Positions 9,994 through 20,094 of a stretch of 35,373 nucleotides of DNA are shown here, piece after piece. A program made the position numbers and the translations under genes. A model generated the notes under the pieces. That model did not search any database and was not told where the DNA came from. It worked only from the letters and a program-made list of their open reading frames with translations. The stretch comes from Octopus bimaculoides (taxonomy: Eukaryota). Location of the stretch: contig NC_068982.1 of NCBI RefSeq assembly GCF_001194135.2, forward strand, positions 51,966,998 to 52,002,370, in the 5' to 3' direction. Every line of letters begins with the position of its first letter. The first letter of the stretch is position 1.

Positions 9994-11239
9994 CTACTTC
10001 TCGAAAAAGGTTGCCCATGTCTGATGTAGAGGTTTCTCTCATTAGAGAACAGTCAGTCTAAAGAGATACTGAGTAAAAGAAGACAGCTTTTGAAAGAGTA
10101 GTGGCAAAATGAAAGAAACACTGCAAAGTCCCTTTTTTTAGGTTCACCGTTATCAATTTAGATACTACAAAGTACAGAATAGACTTTAATAGCCTTTTAA
10201 TTCGTAACACATAATTTATATAATAATTGTCATCCGTACATCATACTCAATGCATACACACCGCTACAAGGCATGATACTGTGGAATTGTCTGAGATAAA
10301 ATCTCTTCAGATATTCGCTCGTTTCTCCCCCCCCCCCCATCCTTTTGTAATTTTAGCCAATCCATCTATTATTGACATTACAAAGAATTTATATTTTTAT
10401 ATATTCCCATAGGAACTAGATTTAGGATTAAGGCGTAGAGTTTAGATTTAGTTAGTGTTTGGGTTGAGGATCAGTCATTAGGGTTACGATTATGGTTTGC
10501 AGTGCATCATAAAACTTTCGTTATATAATGTGTGTGTGTGTTGTCTAGATACTTCTCTTAATTGAAGGGACGTATTTTCCTTTTTTCTTTTTGTCCTGTC
10601 GCCATGTTAAGTTACGACAAAAAAAAAAGCTTCTAATAAATGTTTGCCTCTATTCGCAATTGTATTCACATTAAATTAAAAGTTATGCCCACATTTAAAC
10701 AGAGGAGATCACTTCGAGTTAAATATCGGAGGTAGATTATGGCGAAGCTCCTAACAGCTCTACTTCAGCTTACCTGCGAGAATGGGGATCAATGCAACCT
10801 GAAGAGATACGGAGGACAATAGGAAGGAAAAGAAGCAACAACAACAACAACAAAAAAGAAGAAAACGGGTAGACAGCCCTCTCAGAAACCTTCAAGAAGT
10901 CTGGAAGAAAAGTCCAAACACTGGGACTCGAGTATTTTTACTGCTTTATTAAAAACAATAACAAGTGACTACTTGAGTTGTTATATGAATTGGAGGAAAC
11001 TAAACCAACCAATTTGTGGATAGAGCAAGAATTAAATCTGTACAACGTAAAAAAATTTAGATGATCGTATATTTGAGGAAAACGACAAGAACAGGTTACG
11101 AAAGAATAAACTATATCTGCCCGGAAGATGTAGGCCCTTTTTTGGATGAAGCAAATCAAGAGATACTGACGGGCGATTTCGGAGATTCCCGAGAACAAAT
11201 ACTGCAAGGTATTTTTTTTTCAGACGCTTCAACGATTCT

Positions 11240-11459
11240 TATTTCTTTACTGCCCACAAGGGGCTAAACATAGAGGGGACAAACAAATGGATTAAGTCGA
11301 TTACATCTACCCCAGTGCGTAACTGGTACTTATTTTATCGACCCCGAAAAGATGAAAGGCAAAGTCGACCTCGGTGGAATTTGAACTCAGAACGTAACGG
11401 CAGACGAAATACCGCTAAGCATTTCGCCCGGCGTGCTAACGACTCTGCCAGCTCGCCGC
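11240..11459 (-). mobile_element. Young full-length SINE family B with TSD
   Basis: Flanked by the direct repeat CGCTTCAACGATTCT (11225-11239 and 11457-11471, partly overlapping the head). tRNA-like head with GAGTTCAAATTCC B box on the minus strand. Confidence 0.9.
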
Positions 11460-11494
11460 TTCAACGATTCTGCCAAGCTGCAGCCTTCCTCTGA

Positions 11495-11800
11495 ATAATA
11501 ATCATCATCATCATATAACATCCGTTTTCTATTCTAACACGGGTTGAACGGTTTTACAGAAACTGACGAGCCAGAGGCACGCATCAGGCCCCAATCGTCT
11601 GTTTTGGTATCGTTCCTACGGCTAGATACCCTTCCTAACGCCAACTACATGAGAGTATAGTGGGTACTTTAACGTGACGCTGGCACGAGTGCTCTTAACG
11701 TGGGGCTGGTACGGGTGCTTTTTACGTGTCACCAGTACCTGCGAGGTCACCAAGTGGCTTGCAAGACAAACAAGGACCTCTCGGTTGAGAGAAGGAGAGG
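11495..11800 (-). mobile_element. Diverged RTE 3' UTR / RTE-tail SINE copy with (GAT)n tail
   Basis: ATCATCATC-ATAACATCCGTTTTC...GATACCCTTCCTAACGCCAAC..AGTATAGTGGGTACTTT is homologous to 30023-30139. Confidence 0.7.
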
Positions 11801-11934
11801 AACTTAGAAAAGTAGCCGTGTGCCAGGCGAGAGGTTCGAGTATGATAGAGGGTCAGAGATAGCTGTCTTACAACAGAAGAGATACTTGGCTACAATGGGG
11901 TAGAGTAGAGTTGTTAGGAGTGTGGGGCTCTGCC

Positions 11935-12542
11935 ATAATAATTCTAATTATAGTACAAAACCAGCAATTTGAGTGGGAGCATGTCAATTACATAGACCCT
12001 AGTATTTGACTGGTACTTAAATTATCGACCATGAAACGACGTAAAGCAAAGTTGACTTCAGCGGAATTTGAACTCAGAAATGTAATGAAGCATTTTCTCC
12101 AATGCTCTAACGATTCTGTCAGCTCACGGCCAAATCATAATAATTCTTTCTAACTTCGGCACAAGACCAGCACCCTTGAGGAGAGTGGGCAAGTCGATTA
12201 TATCAACCCTGAAAAGATGAAAGGCAAAGTCGACCTCAACAAAATTTTGACACAAGACGTAAAGAACCGGAAGAAATATCGTTAATCATTTTGTCCGGTG
12301 CGCTAATGATTCTGCCAGCTCACTAACTTAAAAATTCCTTCTACTATAGTTACAAGGCCTCAAATTTGGGGAGAGGGAGCTAGTCAATTACATTGATCCT
12401 AGTGCTTAAGTACTTATTTCATCGACCACAAAAGGAAGAAAGGCAAGGTGGACCTCGGTGGAGTTTGAACTCAGAACGTAAAACCGGAAAAAAAGTCGCG
12501 AAGCATTTTGTCCGTGGTGCTAACGATTCTGCCAGCTCACTG
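11935..12542 (-). mobile_element. Three head-to-tail family B SINE copies
   Basis: Three successive units each with AAAGGCAAAGTCGAC..GAATTTGAACTCAGAA..AACGATTCTGCCAGCTCAC-like motifs, ending at ~12130, ~12325 and ~12542. Confidence 0.8.
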
Positions 12543-13076
12543 CTTTGTTGTTGATGATGATGATGATGATGGTGGTAGTGGTGGTAAATATATTCTATAA
12601 CAAAACACAAGTTTCAATACTTAATTTATTAAATTTCAATGGAAAAATAGGACTTTTGCCCAAATTTTATAATCAAAATGGTAAATTAATTCTGAATGGT
12701 TACAACTTCCTTTTATAATGAGCATTTCCTTATATTTTATTTTGGCAAAGGTTTGTTATAAGAACAAAATTAAAAAAAGAACCGATTAAAATATTTAATA
12801 AAAAAACAATACTGAATATCTTACATTGGCACAAGTTCAAAAATTTACAAGGGAATGAGATACGATCAAGATATTCGATGCAGTATTATCAGTGGTATTT
12901 ATTTTCTAAACTTCAAAGAAAGGTAAAACTAAACCCAATAGGATCTGAACTCACAACAAAGACATTGATGGGTTCTGAGCTCAAACGCCACTGTGTCACT
13001 TATCAAGTTTGGTAAGTGCCAAGCACGAAACGCTAAGTCTTTGAGTCACTTATGTAGCTTTATAGCTAATAAATAA

Positions 13077-13113
<37 letters not shown>

Positions 13114-13600
13114 GTGTACAGTTAGATCTAGGACTACTACTGTATGAGATATCCACGAAGATTTTCATTATCCAATAAGCTTCCAGTATAGCGATTATTC
13201 GACCACTGTACTTAGTCATGTTTCTAATTATGGTAAATAGAACGTATGTAGTGGATAGTTAAAATAAATATCAGTTTCTACGTACGTTTCACCATAGCAG
13301 TTCAAATATCTGCAATGGTGAAACGTACATGAGAACTAAATATCTATACTGGCGTTTATCTTAAATTTACCACTATGTATGCATAAATACATACACACGA
13401 GAGTTATACCAAAGTGAGCATAATATTTTTTATCAACTGACACAGGTCGCTTAAACTGCATATATTGGTGGAGTAACTTTTCCTCTGTACAAAAGTACTA
13501 CTCAACATAGTCTCTATCATAAACAGCAAATTTACACGGTCGTTGAAGCCGACTCTCGGATCTTCTTTGAGCAAATTGAAGAGTGTACCGTTGTACTTAC

Positions 13601-13750
13601 TCTTCACAGCCACTTTCACCTCATCCGTATCATCAAATTGCTGTTCTCGAAGACTGTCCTTCATTGGCTTTAACGAGTAGAAGTCGAGAAGTCGAACAGC
13701 GCCTAGGTTCGGGCTATATGGTGAATGGGGGAACCACTGACCGGAATTTA
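13601..13750 (-). mobile_element. mariner transposase C-terminal remnant
   Basis: HSPYSPNL...MKDSLREQQFDDTDEVKVAV corresponds to the mariner HPPYSPDLAPSD...MK..L.G..F...EV motif. Confidence 0.8.
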
Positions 13751-14168
13751 TTGCCACCGATATATAAAAAAAACAGTGAAGATATATTATCCGCAGGCGA
13801 AAACCGCAGTAAATTTGCCTATCACGATCTATTTACATTAAGTGTGATACATATACTGCTTTTATTGCATATAACGGATTTCTATTCAACCAGGCGGCTA
13901 GTCATCACACCAGCGACTATTTATTCTGCATTTTCGTATATATCGATAGCAACTAACTAAGCATGTGGTTGGCTGTGAATACACGCTATTGAAAATGCCT
14001 AATGAGATAGAAATGCTTCTAGCGTTCTCATTAGTCGTTACTGGAACAATTTTTGTCTCACTGACACACACACACACACACACACACACAGGTCCTTATG
14101 TATAAGGGTAAGTTGAAGTAATCCCTAAAGTCTCTACACCTTAACTTGACATCTTCAGAAAGTCATTA

Positions 14169-14490
14169 AATCGATCTGCATGGCGTAAAATGTGTCAGGA
14201 TGCATCAAAACAATTTGAGTTGAAGAAGAACAACAAAAGAATTATATTCTGCAATCAATAGACATGTTTGCTGCCCAATCCCAAGCAAAATCAAAATCAG
14301 CAGTGTCCCTACTGTCACTTCATAGCAAAATCCATACCTGGATTCAAACTACATTCACGCATCCATTGCAAATAGATGCAGCGTCTTTTGTTCTTTTCTT
14401 TCTAAAAGTTTTCTCTTTTTCCCACTCTTTTTTAAATCCTCTCCTTCAAACAACCATACGTCGAAGCCAACGGGAGCGACCATCATATAG
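14169..14490 (+). mobile_element. RTE LINE 3' end fragment with one C2H2 finger
   Basis: NRSAWRKMCQDASKQFE, then QCPYCHFIAKSIPGFKLHSRIHCK* (C-x2-C-x12-H-x3-H, stop 14373-14375), then 3' end ...GGGAGCGACCATCAT. Confidence 0.7.
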
Positions 14491-15274
14491 AGTACTTATT
14501 GCCATATTGTAATAAATATCCTTGCTACAATAACGAAAAGATTTTTGCGCAAATTAAGATTAGTAAGATGCATAAAAGTGAAAATAAATCAAGTCTATCT
14601 AGAACGTAAACATTGCTGACACGAAGAGATTACTTGACTATAAACTCGAACTACATACTGAAATAAATAATCAATGTTTTACATATGTATATGATATACT
14701 TAAGTCCCAATTTGAGGGAGAAACGAGCTTGCTGATGAGATTCGAACCATGTATGTGTCACTTGCCGGGTAAATGTGTTACCGATTACAGATAGCCTGTC
14801 AATGCCTCTATTTTAACTTTTTAGCTATTTCTGAAACTTGGAATAAAAATAATTTCACATTCTTTACGACTCGAGTATACAATTCTTTAAACTAGTAACA
14901 GATGTCATGTATCTATTTATTGCTGTCACTGAGCGTTGTACGATAGTTACGAGCGTAAAAATAAACTTTCAATAATAAATATGGTAACAACAACAAAAAA
15001 ATATGTAAGAACTAAAAACTTTGACATAAAAAAAATATATAAACAATGAAAGCACCGAAAATTTTGACATATAATCAAGCAGCTGATTTGGAAGAAAGAA
15101 AGAATAGCCACCCGATTCGCATTGCTATTATATATGTATAATGACTATATTTAAATGTACGAGCATTGTGCAAATATTTATAATATAAATACATGTTAGC
15201 CTATTTAATTAAACATATTGACGACATATACAAGAAAAAAGTAGACAAGCCACAAACCTATATAGAGAGATAAA

Positions 15275-15328
15275 CGCCGAGGAAAATAGCATGTAGACCG
15301 AGGAGACTACATGCTATTTTCCTCGGCG
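15275..15328. repeat. Perfect inverted repeat, 22-bp arms, 10-nt loop
   Basis: CGCCGAGGAAAATAGCATGTAG / ACCGAGGAGA / CTACATGCTATTTTCCTCGGCG. Confidence 0.97.
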
Positions 15329-15639
15329 AAGAATACCAGTCTTAAATTAGCAAATCAAACACCTATGTCTCAGAAAACAGTTTTCTTTACAGTTTAGGTA
15401 AATATTGTAGAGTTTTTTTTGTTTTGTTTTTTTAGTAGTAAAACTGGATTGACTATTTTTCTTGATGATATGCTATTGATAATACTATTGCTACCACAAT
15501 TACTAGTAATAATCTTTTCTTACATTGCTACGAGGGCAACTGATGAAAGAACATAACAGGGATAGTTTACAAAAAGTGGGGTGGAGGAAGTATATAAGAA
15601 AGGAATGAAATGAAAAGTAATGGTATATACATTATACAA

Positions 15640-18150
15640 AATATGGTACTGTTCCACGAGAAGGGTTGCCATCTGCATAGGACCAGTCAGGATCACCTTG
15701 AGTGCTTAGGGTAAAAGCCTTCTGAAAGCTGTCGTATCTTCGACCGACAGTTGCATGCAGAAAGTAGACCGACCATTCACTCAGACCACACTTGCTGTGG
15801 ATCTTTTTTAAAACGGGGGCCACATTTTTCATTAACGAAACACTTTGAAACTTGGAACACTGGTAGAATGTGTCATATAAAACATCTTTTTCTCTTAGTC
15901 TTCTTAAAAAAAAAAGAAATCCCTAAGTTATTCCATGTTAAAGTTGTCGTATTTCTGTAATTTCAACCAATCACTGACGTCCATTCAGCCGATATACATT
16001 AAGTGCCGACTACATAAACAAACGATTCTGAAACAATTCTATCGGTGATAGGGTTAGGGTTAGGGTTAGGGTAAGGGTAAAACAACAAATTTAAAAAGAA
16101 AAAAGCAAAACGAAGCTATGGAAATTAAATACGCTTTACACCGCTTAATCAGCCAAAGAAGTAAATGTAAACAACTGAATACTTGTCAGTGATTGGTTGA
16201 AATTATCGAAATAAGACAATTTTTTACATGAAATAAATTCAAATACAAAAATATTTTTGTGTTCTATAACACAAAATAGATAAGTATACGAAGTTTGAAA
16301 GTCTTTCGGTACCAAAAACACTACGTAAAACATTAATGAAAAATGTGGCCCCCGTTTTAAAAAAGATCCCTTGCTGCTTTCATCCACCTTTCAGCAAATT
16401 TACTTGAGGCCAGCCTCACTTTCTTCTCCAAATGAAACTTGAAAAGTCGCGTTCACCACACACAGTCTTTTGTCATGGCCACTAGACAGAGAGAACCTAT
16501 TTGTTCTTCATTGTTACAGAAAGGTGGTGGGGCGATCTTTATGATGGATTCGACCGGCTAATAGTCGGTTCCATAGTACGCGTGACAGCAGCTATTTCAT
16601 AAAATTTGACAAGTGAACAATATTCGAACACCAAATAAACGAATGCAGAACGATTTCATCCTTTTACGCGCATCTATGACAGGCCCGGCTGATGACACTT
16701 TCGTGTCTGTAAAATTTATCTTGAACCGACAATGACCCTGATATTACTGCTCGCCCAGGGATCTCTGGAAGTTATCTATAGTTCCTAATTCGAGAGTCCT
16801 CTGCAACCAGTTGGTTTCATAGACATCTTGAGTTTCCTCGAGGGCGAAGGGAAATAAATAGTTTCTCTTCCTAGTTCTTTACAGAATGCTAATGTGAAAG
16901 TTCAACCAGCCTTGTTGTCCGACCAGTAGAGGTTTGTGAATGCTTGACAACATGCCAGATGTCAGCCTTCTAGTCTTGATTTTCGCTTGATCAAGGATTT
17001 CAGGATTAGCTGAGCTGTGAGAAATTGTGCCCAACAAAGATCGACCACATCACCGACCAGAAATCTCTGTAGATGCTTAAGCCCTAGTGCATGTCTGTGA
17101 ACCATGGGCAACAGATTATCGAGTCGTCTGTGCTGAGGGTGTTGGTAGTAGATAGACTGTCTGATCAATAGAATGCGAACTTTCTCCAAGAAGTGAACCG
17201 TCAGATGGTCCAAACTTGTCAGATAAAAAATGGAGCAAGGTACGACGGTCAAACAGTAATGCGGCTAAGGAAATGATGTATGCATCCATTAGCCCTGACC
17301 GACTATTTAGAAATAGTTTCATCTCAGCTCATTTCTGGGTGAGACTAGCCATCCTTGTTCATTGTTTCGTCGCTGTTTCTATCCAAGTAGAGGTCTGGAC
17401 TAGATCAAACCCCAAGCAACTAAACAATTAAGTTATTAATCCAGTAACTCACGGACGTTGGTTGGTGACATGAACTTGCTCCCTCTGATGTCGAGCAACA
17501 AGCCAACCGGCTCTTGTCATAGCATCATCTTTACAACGATACCAATCACCTCTGTGGTGTCTGAAACCATTTCGACGGTGTCCGCTTATGCCACGTCTTG
17601 ATTTGATCGGAATTCTCTTCAACAACTCCGCCTTTCGCAACTGACTTAAGCGTCAGTACTTACAGAAAGAGATGATACAAATGGCGTGTGTGAATCGAAA
17701 CAACTTCAATAGGTGTCAATTTGGTAACCAAACGGATGCCACTGTACACTGAAGCAAACCAGCCTCTTAAAATAAGTCTGAAATTGGTTGCTTTGAGAAC
17801 TATTGCCACGTATGATGGATGACACATTTGAAAGCTCTCGATTGATCCTAACTGATCAGAGCATCATCGAAATAAGATTGTTACCCATCCTATCCACATC
17901 CTCCACTACATGAAGCGGAGAATGTTGTGGACAGGGCTTCCCATGCTTTCCCCATTACTCTACTGGTGCTAAGCGCCAATTTTGTTACTAGCACCTTGGC
18001 CAAAACCTTACATCCTGCATTCAGCAGAGTTATGAATCAGAAATTATCAATAGTATATTTCTTGGTTGCATCTTTCCTCAAAAACCCTAGTGACGGTGTG
18101 TAGGTATAGACATTGTTTGCATCGTATACAAATGCCTAGAAAGTTTCCAC
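15640..18150 (-). mobile_element. Decayed Tx1/L1-clade LINE ORF2 (RT, C-terminal Zn knuckle, 3' end), interrupted by a MITE
   Basis: Degenerate minus-strand motifs in collinear order: LRKD...DNF*FITLLNAGCKVLAKVL, DQSRAF, A*AD, RACHRCA*KDEIVLHSFIWC (CCHC-like), SIIKIAPP...LCLVAM, FHLEKKVR...FAERWM. Many stops and frameshifts. Confidence 0.75.
15799..16369. mobile_element. 571-bp MITE with perfect 37-bp TIRs, 8-bp TSD and a central (TTAGGG)n tract
   Basis: TIR GGATCTTTTTTAAAACGGGGGCCACATTTTTCATTAA (15799-15835 / 16333-16369). TSD CTTGCTGT / CTTGCTGC (7/8). Inner perfect 21-bp IR (15958-15978 / 16185-16205). TTAGGG-type repeats at 16049-16077. Confidence 0.92.
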
Positions 18151-19718
18151 ATCATTCCTCAAATGCATTAACTATTACTATCCTGTGTAATTTATACTTC
18201 AGTTTAAATATATATTACATATAATTCATTTTAGACTCAATCGGATTTCAGAACTATTGTCGAATATTTTCTATATTTATCTTTCAGTTTCCGTACGGTC
18301 TTGCTATCTTATATGTACATACTTCGAAAGATCATTTAAAAGCTAGCTTGGAAGACATGTACATTATATAAATGAATACATGTTGGGGAGACTGAGAGAA
18401 TGAACTATGATAAGAAAATTTTTTTAACGGTGTAACTGTCAACCACTATGCTTGCTTTAGTAAATCTAGAAATAACTGGTTTAAACAAAGATATTATCAT
18501 AAATTGCGACAAAACGGTGAGATAATAAATAAAAAAGAAGATAAAATACTAATGTACACACAACACAATCGACATTTGTGATAGTAATTGTTTTGAGGAG
18601 AGAAAAGGACGCACTAGTCTAAAAGATTAACAAACGGTATAGTAAAACGGAAGAGATGCGAGGGAAAAAAGACTACAAGCTAAGAAAGGAAGGGAGAAAA
18701 ATAAAGACAAAGAACGTTTGTGAACTGGAATATAATATATGCATATTATATAAGTCTAGAGATATGTATACGTATATATGCGTGTGTATGTATATAACTT
18801 TTTGTCGTGTCTATATATGGGTTCGAGTCACACGGGGAGCCGTTGACTTAGGTTTTTTTTTTTTCAATCCAATATTTATTTACATGCTATTTATAGCTTT
18901 ATGTATGCTTCGACATCTACTGTTCTCTATATGCATCTGATGTGTTCTTTTCTAAGGCGTTCGAATGATTTGCGGGACATTCAGCTGTCGCTTCTAGGAG
19001 GTTGGGCAACCGGTAAAAGACTCCCTTCACTGACTCATTTTAGTATTATCGCCAGTTTTGTTTCGAAAAACCAGTGAAACTGCCTTTTTGTTTAAATACA
19101 CAATAACGATTTGTACTGGGAAGCGGAAAGGCTTTCAGTTCTAGAGGGAAAAGAGGTTTAGTTTATTTGTGTCTATTTAACTCCTTTTTTTTCTTCAATG
19201 TTCTTTCTCCTATTCATAGTCAGCACCTCTGGGAAATTTTGCAATGTCGCTATTTTAAATTACTTAATCAGTGGATAGTTTTTACACAAAAACTATGTTC
19301 TCTATTGTTTTATCTTGTAAAGAGATCTAAGGCCAAAACATCGAGAGCTGACAAAGATCAAACTCAGTCCACTATATGTCTCCATTTAACTTTTAATTAA
19401 TATAATTTCGCAATCCTTCCTTAATAAAAATTGTTATTAACGCTAATGACAATGTCTTCTTTGAGCTTAATTCCAAATGATCAAAAAATGTTTGATTCTC
19501 GTGCGTTAGTTAGTTCACACTTAACCCCTTGCCTGTCCAAACCATTTTTATGTCTATGCTGGTTTTCAAACTTTTGGTTAGTCCCTGTTTCATACGTTCT
19601 GAGTACTATAAAGCTTTCCTTACATAAGCCCCGAGTTACTCTGGTGGTTAAGAATATGGGAATGTGTAATCATGTATGATGCAAGGACGTCAGGGAAACA
19701 TATCCTGTGTAGCATATG

Positions 19719-20094
19719 ATTGTTGTTGGCACTCCGTCGCTTACGACGTCGAGGGTTCCAGTTGATCCAATCAACGGAACAGCCTGCTCGTGCAAGTGGC
19801 TGAGCACTCCACAGACACGTGTACCCTTAACGTAGTTCTCGGGGATATTCAGCGTGATACAGTGTGACAAGGCTGGCCCTTTGAATTACAGGCACAACAG
19901 AAACAGGAAGTAAGAGTGAGAGAAAGTTGTGGTGGAAGAGTACAGCAGGGTTCGCCACCATCCCCTGCCGGAGCTTCGTGGAGCCGTAGGTGTTTTCGCT
20001 CAATAAACACTCACAACGCCCGGTCAGTGAATCGAAACCGCGATCCTATGACAGCGAATCCGCTGCCCTAACCACTGGGCTATTGCGCCTCCAC
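19719..20094 (-). mobile_element. Full-length SINE family C (inverse of 9608-9993)
   Basis: Reverse complement aligns by eye along its whole length to 9608-9993, apart from a short deletion near ACGTTAATTTC. Confidence 0.92.

Noticed and set aside
12419-12610. His/Gln-rich ORF
   Set aside because: Translation of a (CAT)/(CAA) microsatellite joined to a SINE.
18313-18355. Short ATGTACAT..CTTC / GAAG..ATGTACAT stem
   Set aside because: About 15 bp with gaps and a self-palindromic core, which is expected by chance.
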